A stretch of DNA of 64,000 nucleotides from the human T2T-CHM13v2.0 reference genome, Homo sapiens: the NCBI RefSeq assembly GCF_009914755.1, contig NC_060945.1. One strand, written 5' to 3'. The notes beneath the pieces were generated by a model. The model was given only the letters and a program-made list of their open reading frames with translations, had not been told where the DNA came from and searched no databases. Both the position numbers and the translations under genes were made by a program. Shown here one piece after another: positions 29,375 through 40,761 of this stretch (its first letter is position 1; every line of letters starts with the position of its first letter).

Positions 29375-29585
29375 CATTAGGCGAAGCACTTTCTCTATCA
29401 ACTGTGCTAAGCATTTTCTATAGAGTAACTCATTTAATATTCTCAGCAACTCTTGAGGTAGGTGAGATTTTACCCTGTTATATAAATGAGAAACCTTAGG
29501 TTCAAAAAAATTAAGCCACTTCCTCACGTTATTCAGATGATGAGTGTGAGCTGTAATTCCCATGGAGAGCTTGCTCTTCCAGGCC
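29375..29585 (-). mobile_element. MIR
   Basis: actgtgctaagcatttt..ctcatttaat..caactcttgaggtaggt..ataaatgagaaacctt. Confidence 0.8.
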
Positions 29586-29658
29586 CCCTAGTAGACAGCA
29601 TGATATGAAGGAGAAAAATTAGGCAGGCAGCAAATGTTAGCTCTTTCCCTGACTGTTA

Positions 29659-29843
29659 CAGTGGCTTTTGAACTTTGGCAGGTCACCAGTATCTGAAGAA
29701 CTTCTTGAAATGTGGATTGCTGGGCTTTTCCCCCAGGTTTCTGATTAATTAAGACTGGAAGAAGGCCCCAAATGAACATTTCTAGCAAGTTCCCAGGTGA
29801 CACTGCTGCATCTTGTCCAAGGCTCACACTTTGAGAACCTCTG
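29659..29843. mobile_element. MER5A (hAT-Charlie)
   Basis: TIR-like ends cagtggcttttgaactt ... cactttgagaacctctg; catttctagcaagttcccaggtga core. Confidence 0.85.
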
Positions 29844-30707
29844 TTATAGGTTTAGATACGTGAACGAAACCCATGAAGGTAAAGTGGTCTTATTGAAGGA
29901 AGTGTCAGCACTATTTATACTTGGATAAGGGCATGTGATCATCTAATTTGATCATATCTATTCACACAGTTATGACCACTTCTGTATACATAAATATAAT
30001 ATAAAGATGAAATATATGGTGCTTGTTGTTAAGAACCTTAAAATCTGGAGAATGAAGGCAAATCTATAAGCAAATAAGGCACCAAAGCTTATACATGTTT
30101 TGCAAAAAGGCAAAAATGTATATATGGCATAAAAACAAAGTATAAATTTTCTACTTGAATTGGAGTATGCAGTAGGGAGTAAGATAGAAAAGTTAGATAG
30201 AGAATTTGATGTCTTAGCTAAATGCTGAAAACCAAGAAGATTTGCACTAATCACTAATCACGTAGAACAAGGGCTTAGGATAAAGTGTGGGATGGAGGGA
30301 GAATGATGTTATAGATAGTGAAGAATGTGAAAGCACCAGATTAACATAGTCATGTATTTAACTAAAGCATTTGAACTTCATGCTGCACACAATAGTGAAC
30401 CTTCAAATGTTTTTTAATGAGTGTAAATTATTATCCACTTTGTAACTTATACAGCATGGTCTGACAAGTTTGAAGAGTTTACTGTCCAAGAGGCAGATCA
30501 AGATCAGGATGATTAATTTTACTAATGAATTAGTCCTAAGGAAAGATGAGTTCCCACACAAGGAAGTGGTAATGTATACATAACAAGGACTGAATTTGAC
30601 AGCTGATTAAGAAATGAGATTGACAGGATTCTTAAAAGTGTCTCTCGCTGGTGTTGATAGGTACTAAATAAAAAATGAATCAGGTTCTAGCTGAAAATTA
30701 TATAGTC

Positions 30708-30830
30708 CAGTGGTTCTCAAACTTCAGCATATTAGAATTATATGGGCACTTAAAGCATACTAATATACAGGCCACACCACTTTCAATCTATTCAGAATCT
30801 TTGGAATCATTCGTAATTCCCAAGTGATTC
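30708..30830. mobile_element. MER5-family fragment
   Basis: cagtggttctcaaacttcagcatattagaat..ccccaagtgattc. Confidence 0.6.
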
Positions 30831-31695
30831 AAATAATAATGGTGCTATTTAATAAATAGAGAACAGATCTGTAATATGGATCAGACTTGTAAAGAATGCA
30901 GAGAGAGGAAGAGTTGGAAGATATAGGAGAGGAAATGAGATAACTGAAAAACAAATTGCCTGGAGACAATAGAAGAATAGAGAATGAAAAACACAGGTCG
31001 AAATACTAAACCTCAAATTCGAGAAGGTATGCTTCAGTTTCTGAGATTAAAGGAAAGTAGGTAATGCTCAAGCACCTAGAAAAAAACTAATAGGAAACTT
31101 TATTTTCATGTATTTGGAGTCTAGTCTTGAAAGTCACCTCCGATGCTAGAGCACAACCCAAATTTTGTATTTTCCCTTATAAACTTAATAGGTGATACAA
31201 ATATGTGTTAGAAATCAGTCTAGGATACTTTGACATATGTCAGTGACTGAGGAACGGGCATGCAAGGAATGTTTAAAGAAATATTTAATTTTTTGAAAGA
31301 AGCTATAAGCATAGCAGTTTATGTAAAAAAGAAAATTCCAATAAAATATACAAGCCCAAAGTATACTATATCCATGGGTTTCTTTCTGCTTGTGGGTTGT
31401 ATTTTGTAATCACTACCCAAAAGCATTGTTTTCAAGCCTATTTTTTTATCAAGAAAAGTTTGTCCAAAAAGAATTACATAAAAATTTAAAATAACAAATA
31501 AAAAACCAACTAGAATGGCTCCAGCCCAAGCTATGAAAGGAAGTCATTGCTCCTACCTGCCCATATCTCCACTACAGATTGATGGTCAGTGACTGAGAGT
31601 ACATCAAGTTTTTTTCTGAGAAATCAATTGAATAAAACTTGGGATTGAATGAAACCTGTCTTTTTTAACAAAATGCGGGACAAGCATAAAATTTA

Positions 31696-32002
31696 CAGCT
31701 ATTCTTTTTAATATGGTAGCTACTAACTACATGTGGTTATTAGGTCTTTGCAATATAGATAGTTAAAAAGATAGTCTGCACATTTGATTTTATACACATA
31801 GTAAAACAGAAGGATAAAATGCATTAATAATATTTACTGTATTGATTACATATTGAAGTAACACTATTTTGAATATATTAGATTAAATGTAATATATTGT
31901 TAAAACTAAGTTCATCTCTGTCTTTTCTACCCTTTAAATGCAGCTGCCAGAAATTTAAAATTAAATATGCATCTCACATTTTGTCTTTATTAGACAGTGC
32001 TA
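31696..32002. mobile_element. MER33 (hAT-Charlie)
   Basis: aatatggtagctactaactacatgtggttatt..tattgattacatattgaa..agaaatttaaaatta..tattagacagtgct. Confidence 0.8.
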
Positions 32003-32995
32003 ATCTCTAAGCATTTGGGCATTAGGGAACATCAATGAATATTAAGTTGGAACTTAATTTAGCTTATGGAGGATGGTCCCAATTAGCTGTTTTCAAACTC
32101 TTTATATATTTTTAGGATTGAATCAAAAGTTTATTTAGAGAAGGAAATGTTTTAAAGTTATTGCTGCTATAGAATACTTTAAAAATTATAAATTACCAAT
32201 ACAAAAGGTACATTATATTTTTCTTTCATCTCTATTTTTCTTCAGTAGCTTTTGTGATTTTTAATAAAGTCTTGCCTCTCCATATGTATATAATTTCAAA
32301 TATATTTTTCTTTATCCCTTTTTATCCTCAGAATAACTCTGTGATAGGAAATAAATTATCTTCACTTTAGCTTTACCTTTCCTTTACTAATCTGCCTATA
32401 TGCAGGGAGCAGAGCATCTTACAGCAACATTTCTTCATTATAATTTAGACATTCATTCAATAATCAGTCAAGAGATTTGTCTTATTTTTGCATAATTGAT
32501 ATAATTTTGAAAGGCTGACTGTCCTCAATATTGTTCTTTTGGAGCCCAACATGCTACTTATTCATCTACGGGAATTCACCGTGCCAGGCAATGCAGCCAT
32601 TGAACTTTGGATAGTACATCTGTGCCTATTAGAGATAATGCCACTGAAAAGCTCCTCTTTAGAAACACTGAAGACAAGAATGCACCCCAAACTACGCTGG
32701 GGAAAAAGATGGTATTACGAAGTCAAAAGTTTCTAACTTTCTTAAATAATGCCCCACATCTTCAAAAAGCTTGGCTACAGCTCTGAATTGAGGTCTTCTT
32801 CAATGAAACAATCTAGAAGTTCTAGCTGTGTACTAAGGTCACCACTGAACAAACTGAGCTGTGCTCACAATTGCCTGCTGGTGGAAACGATCAGTGGTGT
32901 GAGCCAATACTTGCATGTGCTAGATGACCTTATTTGAACAGTGCGTTTTTAACTTCATAGACGTGTCTCCATAGCATAATTACTTTGAAAACCTC

Positions 32996-33517
32996 TGTAT
33001 CAGTTTTCTAATGCTGCTGTTATAAATTACCACCGACTCGCTGGCAGAAAACAATACAAATGTATTATCTTGCATTTCAATGAGTTAGAAGTCTGACATA
33101 GGCCTCACTGGGCTAAAATCAAAGTGTCAGTACCTACTGCACTGTGTTCTGGAGACTCTGAGGGACAATCTATTTTCTTGCTTTTTCTGGTTTCTAAGAA
33201 CCATTCGCATTCCTTAGCTCATGGCCAGCTTCCATCATCCTCAAAACCAGTGCCTTTGCATTTGTCGACTCTTCCTCTGATTACAGATGGGAAAGGATTC
33301 CCACTTTTAAAGAGTGTGTGTGTGTGTGTGTGTGTATGACTGTATGTGTATGAGTGTGATTAGATCAGACTCAAGATAATTTCCATATCTCAAGGGCCTT
33401 TGCTTATTTTTACAAAACCTTTTTTTTCTGTATTGGATAATATATTAATATCAACAAGATCTAGTGATTAGAATGGGTACATCTTTTTAAGGGGGATTGC
33501 ATTACACTGCCTACAGC
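32996..33517 (-). mobile_element. MLT1C/D MaLR solo LTR with (GT)n
   Basis: tgtatcagttttctaatgctgctgttataaattaccac..ctcactgggctaaaatcaaagtgtcag. Confidence 0.85.
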
Positions 33518-33771
33518 CTCCTCTACTGCTCTGAGTATTTTGATAGGAACTATATCTCTCACTAGCAGGGATCCTTTTTCCTTTCATTTTATATAGATAT
33601 TCTGTCAAAAAAATGTCTCAGCCCATAGGACAATAAAATACCTATTTAAAAGCCATTTATCTTATAATGGCACCCTTAAGTCATCTGAATATCCATTGAA
33701 ACCAAGATTGAGCTTAGTATAATTAACATAGGTATATAAGGAAAGTTGGTTAAAAGTAAAATTGTGTGGGT

Positions 33772-34085
33772 TTTTTTTTATTTGTTTTGTTTTGTTTTTT
33801 GTTTGTTTCTGAGGTGGAGTCTCCTCTGTTGCCCAGGCTGGAATGCAGTGGCGCCATTTGGGTTCACTGCAACCTCTGCCTCCTAGGTTCAAGCAATTCT
33901 GCCTCAGCCTCCTGACTAGCTGGGATGACAAGCACATGTCACCACGCCTGGCTAATTTTTTTTTTGTTTTTAGTAAAGATGGGATTTCATCGTGTTACCC
34001 AGGATGGTCTCCATCCCCTGACCTCTTTATCCGCCTGCCTCGGCCTCCCAAAGTGCTGGGATTACAGGCGTGAGCCACCACACAC
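33772..34085 (-). mobile_element. AluS (diverged)
   Basis: T-rich tail plus dimeric Alu body. Confidence 0.9.
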
Positions 34086-34270
34086 ATCTTTAACACACAT
34101 GTTATACATATGATATTTCATTGTCAAAAGCAATTTTCTAAAATTCCAAAAGATTTATCTTATTTGAGGTTCAAAATAATGGGATTAGGACATTCTTTAC
34201 GTCTCCTATTGGATGGACCATATTTAGGGCAGAGTAAATATTAAGCCATCATCAATTAAAACTTACTCAC

Positions 34271-34744
34271 TGTATGAGTTAGGGTAATCCAGAGAACCAA
34301 TAGCTCTATCAATTTATCATCTATCTCATCATCTATCTAGAAATATATTTTAAGAATTGACTCTAGCAATGTGGGGGCTAGTAAATTTGAAATTTGTAGC
34401 CAGCAACCTGGAAATTCAGGTAAAGGTTGGTTTTGCCATCTTAAATCTGAAATAGTCTACATATGAGTCAAGAGGCTGGAAACTCAGGCATGGTTTCTAT
34501 GTTGCCGTCTGGAGAAGAAATTACTTCTTCTTTGAGATTCTTCCATCTTGTCTTTTCATGCATTCAATACATTGAACGAGGCCCACTCTCCTTTTGGAGG
34601 GTAATCTGGTTTTCCTTTAATTCCTCTGATTGGAAATTTTAAAAACACACACAAATATCTTCACAGCAATATCTAGAAGGATGTATGACCAAACAACTGG
34701 GCATCATAGCCTAGTGAAGCTGACAGATAAAATTAACTGTCACA
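34271..34744 (-). mobile_element. MLT2-family solo LTR
   Basis: tgtatgagttagggtaatccagagaa...catagcctagtgaagctgacagataaaattaactgtcaca. Confidence 0.85.
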
Positions 34745-35424
34745 TTTTCAGAAAGTATTATGGAATTAAAGCTTCCTCTGAAGAACTCATTATTTTTGTG
34801 AAAACCTTTTACAATCAAATACTATCTTACAAGCTATTGATTCAATAATTATCTATTAAGGGCTTACTACACTGTGTGTGTATGTGTGTGTATATGCACT
34901 AAATGTATCTCTTCAGTTTTTACCGCATGCTAGTTGCTGCATTTGGTTATATAAATATGAATGACACACTGTCCCTGACTTCAAGATAATTGTTGTTAAT
35001 TATAAAGGTAAATGCATATAAAAAAATCACAGTACAACATTCTTGGTGTTAAGAAGACTGGGAATGCACTGGCAGGGCTGCAGCATGAATGGAGTGCAGC
35101 TAACACATCCTTGGGGAGTCATATTTGAAGGAACTGAAGAAACTGCAAATGAACAAAATAGGAAGTGGCGAAATAGGCAGATCATAGATCAAATAGCATC
35201 AGCCGGTTTATATAACTGAGTATTTTGGCATATCATGAAAGCAGGGCGGGATGTTAGGAACATAAGTGGAGTTGTATTGTGAAGAGCCTCGGATGTCAGA
35301 CCACATTTTTCTTACAGGAATGAGAGGACATTAAGGTAGTAGCTGTTAACCAGTGAAAGACCCAGATTTGCCTTTGCAGTTCTTGAAAAGGCCATTTCCT
35401 TTGCAGAAAGAGACTCAATTCTTG

Positions 35425-35900
35425 CTCTTTCTCTGTCTTTGTGCTGCTATAACAAAATATCTGAGACTGGGCAACAGATAATGTAAATATGTAAATAAGT
35501 GGATATAGAAATGTTATAAATTTATTTCTTGTAGTTCTGAAGGCTGGAAAGTCTAAGATCCAGTCACTAGCTGGTCTGGTGTCTGGTGAGGGCTGCTCTC
35601 AGCTTTCCGGGATAGTACCTTGCTGTTGTGTCCTCTGAAAAGGACAAACACAGTGTCCTCACATGGCAAAGGCAGAAGGGCAAAAAAAACCCCAAAAATC
35701 CTAGAACGCAAAAAAAAAAAAGAAAAAAAGAAAAAGCTGAATGCTGTTTGAAGCCTCTTTTATATAGGCCTTAATCCCATTCATGAGAGTTTCACCCTCA
35801 TTGACTTAAACATGTCTCAAAAGCCCCATCTTTTAATACCATCACAGTGGGAATTAAGTTTCAACACATAAATTTTGGAGAACACGTTCAGACCATGGCA
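35425..35900 (-). mobile_element. MST-family MaLR solo LTR
   Basis: tgtgctgctataacaaaatatctgagactggg..tgtcctcacatggc..ttaagtttcaacacataaattttgg..ttcagaccatggca. Confidence 0.85.
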
Positions 35901-36294
35901 CTCCCCACACACGGTGTGTGAAAAAGAGAACATGAACATTCGCATTCAGCAATTCCAAATATTAAGGGTTGAGTCTAATTTTTAATTACTATTGTAACTT
36001 TTTAGTAACTTACAAAGACACTTCTGATTTATAGTACTGCCAAGAATGACAACATTTAGGGCTGTAAATCACGAGAGAAGAATAACTCCTTTTCTTTGTC
36101 TAGTCTCATGCTAATTCTAATGGATCCAGGGCACAAAATATAGAAATGAAATAATTTCCTCATTAAATATGTCTCCATAAAATGTGAAATGCATAGTAAA
36201 GATGAAAGTTTTCTTTTTTTCATCGTGACTGGTTTCATAAGGTTTAACTTTACTGAAATGTTCTACTTTGGCTATAGGCATGTTAATGTATGAG

Positions 36295-36955
36295 TGTATT
36301 AATTTCTATGCTTCATAACAAATTATCATACACTTAGTGCCTTAAAACAACACACATTTTGTATTTCAGTTTCTGTATGTCGGAAACCCAACTATAGCTT
36401 AATTGGACCTCACCAGGCTGCAATCCAGGCATTGGTCGTGGCTTTAGTCTCATCAGAGGCTCTGCTGGGATCAGAGTCACCTTCAAGCTCTCTCTGGTTG
36501 TTGGCAGGATCAATCTTCCTGGATTTGTAGGACTGTGATTCCCATTTCCTTGACGGCCATAGCCTGCAGGCCTCTCTTGGCTCCTTTAAGTGCCTGAAGT
36601 TTTTATTTTTTTTATTTGCCACATGAGCCACTTTATAGATCCTCTCACAAATGGAAGCATACTTTCAAATCCAGCAAAGGTGAATTTTCACGTTCAGTCT
36701 GCTAGAATGAAGTCTTACATAATGTAACCACGGGAACCATGGCATAGGCGTTCCATCAACTTTGCCATATTATGTAAGCAAACCATAGGCATGACACGCC
36801 ATTACTGTTGCCGTGTTTGCTATATGCTAATGGTTAGAAACAAGTCACAGTTGCCACCTCCAGCCAAGGGACAGGGGTGGCAGGGAGAACACACAGAGGT
36901 GTGATATACCATGAGGTGGGAATTACTCAGGATCCTCTTGGGGAGGTCTGCCACA
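36295..36955 (-). mobile_element. MLT1E/F-like MaLR solo LTR
   Basis: cataacaaattatc..cttaaaacaacac..ggttgttggcaggat..ttgtaggactg..ggttagaaacaagtcacag. Confidence 0.85.
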
Positions 36956-37889
36956 GTGAAACATAAAAACAGGTCATGTTGGTTATGTTGAAATATTTTG
37001 GAACCTCCATTCTTGAAGTATTCTGGATCAATATCTAACAGTTTTTTCTAGAATGCATTAATTGAGAAATATTTTTTTAAAATGTCCCAAACAATACATT
37101 CATCAAACTGCTAGGAAAAAAAAATGAGATTATACAACATTTTATTAAAAAGAAACTTAAACTTAACAAGGATTAGTAATCCGGGGGAATTCCAACAGCA
37201 AACAACACAGATAACTCTTTTCCTTTCATAGTCATATTTACATTATTTTATTTCGAACTAGATATTTTCCTTAATATATGTACAGCTTGGTTGCTTGGCT
37301 TGATTTTACATATATATGTATTCATGTATATGTGAATGTGTGCATAACTTTAAATATATATTTTTCAATATCTGAAAGCACTGAAATGGGAACTTTACTG
37401 TTATGATGAATAGATATTTCTATGTTGAAATTTTGACTATCACAAATTTGCATTAAGAATATGTAAATCCAAAACAAGCTATATAATGATCTCAAACATT
37501 GCTTTTTTGCTACATTAAGTTTAATGGCTCAATCTCAAGCTCTCTGTAGGAGGGCAAGTATTTCCACCTCTGCAAGGCTTTGCAGAAAAGAAAATTTTGG
37601 TAGAATGGCCACACTCATATGCATACCTGGCAGCCAAGGGTACATGTGCTATATTCCCTATAACGTAATGTGTCACTTCATAGTGAGAAAATGTCCACAG
37701 AAGAAGATGACCAATGCCCTACCAGGCTTCAAGACAGACAATGATTATGACTAGAATGAGATGATCCTGGAGCTTGTCAGTGGAACCTATGCATCAGTAG
37801 AAATGCTGTCTTGTTAACTATTAGATCTGCAAAACTATAACCAACAAGCTAAAGCTGTTCATGTTCTCCTGTAGAAATGCATCTTTTAT

Positions 37890-38720
37890 GCTGTATTTAC
37901 AATTATTATGCTGTGAGTCAGGATTTCCATCTCACATCCATCACCCAATTGTGTAAATCCTGATTTGGGACAGAATTCCAATATTTATATGAAACATGAA
38001 AATGTGGATCATTTCTCTGTTGTTATGATATTTATCCAATGGCTCTGTTTTGTTCCACTTAGGGAAGCCTATTTAATTAAAAAAATACGTGCTGATTTGT
38101 GCATGATTTTGTCAGGAAGTTATTTGTTGTTATGGCTTTGTATTTTTGCTGTTATGTATGTACTCTCTCGGTACCTGGCTACACAAAATTAATGCTCCTA
38201 ACTTATCCAGATCACTGTGTCTTGGTAAGCTTCTCCCATCCTGTTTCTCTTACTCTTCTGTGCCCATCTTCATATATGAACTAAAACAATCCTCTAATTT
38301 GCTTAATGTCTTTAAAGTGGAGTATGTACCTGAATCAAACAGAATATTTGCAAAACTTGTCACTCATATATTGAGTTTCTACTTTAGTGTCTTAGTGCTT
38401 TCTCGATATGGGAGAATTCATGTCCTCCATTCAGAAGTATGCACTAAGTAAGAGGTATCATGTCTGGTTCTTGATTAGGTACTAATCTTGAAATATTATC
38501 CTACAATAGGTTAGAGCACGTATATCTCCTGATAATATATTGAATATGATAGACTTAAATAATTGATTAACTAAATACTAAAGCAAATTGCTGCACGTAT
38601 CATTTATTATTCATTGTGTAGAAAGTGCCTGACTCAGTGTTTGGAAATTGTCTGACTTTTCCTCATATATAGTGTGGTTTCATGTTATTGTATATAAGAA
38701 CTGACATGAACTCTGTTTAC
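37890..38720. promoter_or_regulatory. Candidate enhancer (HRE x3, AP-1 x2, FOX, ETS motifs) in repeat-free DNA
   Basis: Motif content only: ATACGTGC at 38085(+), 38516(-), 38593(-); TGAGTCA 37914; TGACTCA 38630; TGTTTAC 38714; CAGGAAGT 38113. Confidence 0.35.
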
Positions 38721-39732
38721 AATAATCTCCCAGTGCCATAAAGACCATAATAAATAATATAACCAATTGGTTTCTTTATGCTGTCATTTATTAGGGCATA
38801 TGGCATTAGTGGAGGATTACCTTGTATTACCCATAGTGCTTAGAGTATGAATCACACATGCACCTTGAAGGAAAAGAGGTGCAATGTAATAAGAAACCAG
38901 ATATTGAAAATGCAAGTTTTGTTATGTTATTCTGGGTATGTTAACCTTTATTCCTGCCCTCCATATGCACTGTAGCAAAGTCTGCCTATTCATGCTTCAT
39001 CCCACCACTTCACAGCTATTGCTCCATCTGCCTTAGTGATTAAGCTTTATACTACATGAACTAGACTTCCCCTCCATGATCACACCAAAGCATTCAATTC
39101 AATTCACGGGTACTTACAGTCTGCAGAATGGGCTTTGAAAGAGGATAATACCTAAGCACCTCTTGCTTCATAAAAATTTGAATTCAGGCTATGTAACTAT
39201 AGTATAGTATAGACGTTTCTGGAAGATGATTAGTTGCATTAGAATAGAGAAGCTACTATCAATCATGTTTCCCTGAAGTTGGAAGAGCACATTACTCCCT
39301 TTTAGTGTCTGAGTTACATTACATATGTTGAGGACTGTTATAAGTAAGTTGGAGTTAGTTGACTGGGACTCTGCTAAGCAAGAGAATCTTAACAGGTATA
39401 GTTATTTGAGTAAACAAGGATGGGAATAATTTTTAATAACGTAGAATATGAGTTTTCTTTGTATAAAGGTAAAATGCTGAAATATTTCATGCCTGATGGT
39501 CATTACACTGTATGTGATTTATACCAGGAATAAGCTGAGCCTCTTCCCACCATGCCATTTCATATCAGCCATAAATGAGGAAACAAATGAGAAAGTTATT
39601 ATTTGCCGTGTGATTAAGTAGTCAGTCAAATCCATTCTGTCTAACAAGCGATTGATTGCTTTAGAATGGGAGCCAGAATTTATAAGGGTGGGGTGATATA
39701 CTTTGGAGTGTGGGGTATGTAATCAAAATTTT

Positions 39733-40258
39733 TGTGGTGTATTGCATTTTTCAGTGAAGATCACAACAGTATCTCCATTCCATAAGTTCTTTCTACAGTG
39801 CAACCTGTGATAGGGTCTTTGCCCTCTCCCTTTGAAACTCACTGGCTTTTTGTGACTGCTTCAATATATTACATAAAAATGCCATCATCATCCACTGTGA
39901 TCTTTTGAGATGTTTGCTGTAGAAAAAGAGCCACCACGCTGTGAGAATGTTCAAACAGGCAAAGCAGTGAGACTCCATGGAAAGGATGTATGCATGAATT
40001 TTGACTGACAGTATAGCTGAGATCCCAACTGATAGCTAGTACCAAATCACCACCTATGTGAGTCAACCATTTTGGTAGTATGTTCTCCAGTTCTGAGATC
40101 AATTGCTTTAAACTGACCTCTTGAATCAAAGGCAAGCTCCCTACTAAACCCTTCATAAGCCCTGCCCGAGGAATAGATACAGAAACAAAATAATTGTTGT
40201 TCTTTCAGGTCAGTAAGTTTTCTGATTTTCTTTTAGCACACAGCAATGAATCATACAA
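39733..40258 (+). mobile_element. MLT1H-like MaLR LTR
   Basis: ccctctccctttgaaact..ttgtgactgctt..gccaccacgctgtgaga..tatgtgagtcaaccattttgg..aaaataattgttgttcttt. Confidence 0.65.
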
Positions 40259-40527
40259 TCAGCGACTAATATATTGTGCTTTCTGTGATCTTTTAAAAAT
40301 TTTTTTATAAATGGAATTTACTAGAATAATACCCTTGAAATGAGTCTTTAAATGTGAACAGTTGTCCAATGGTGGAAGGAGACATTCAAGGGGGGAAAAA
40401 GGAATAGATTATGAAACATTTATTTTTGGAGGTTGCAATTATTTAAGAATAGCTAAAGCTGGAAGTCCTAAATAGGACACAGTAAAAGATGACATTGGTG
40501 GTAGAAGCAGAAACCTTATGATGGAGG

Positions 40528-40528
<1 letters not shown>

Positions 40529-40568
<40 letters not shown>
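40529..40568 (+). repeat. (TATC)10 microsatellite
   Basis: Ten perfect units. Confidence 0.97.
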
Positions 40569-40717
40569 CCCTTTCTACTAAGGTTAGATTTGATTTTGAA
40601 GGTAATACAAAATCATAAAGGACTTTCTGCAGAGCAAGAGATAGTTGGATTTGCATTTTAGGAATATTTCTAGAGACAGTGATGAAATATCATCACCAGG
40701 TATATATATCATACATA

Positions 40718-40761
40718 CTCTAACCGAACCCGAACCCGAACCCTAACCCTATCCCTAACCC
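40718..40761 (-). repeat. Short interstitial telomere-like array (TTAGGG/TTCGGG on minus strand)
   Basis: ctctaa ccgaa cccgaa cccgaa ccctaa ccctat ccctaa ccc. Confidence 0.8.

Noticed and set aside
36730-36815. Short internal direct repeat in the MLT1 LTR
   Set aside because: Probably part of the MLT1E consensus structure rather than a locus-specific event
37000-39700. Assigning a chromosome, gene or named lncRNA to the unique sequence
   Set aside because: No sequence recognised with confidence; needs BLAT/BLAST
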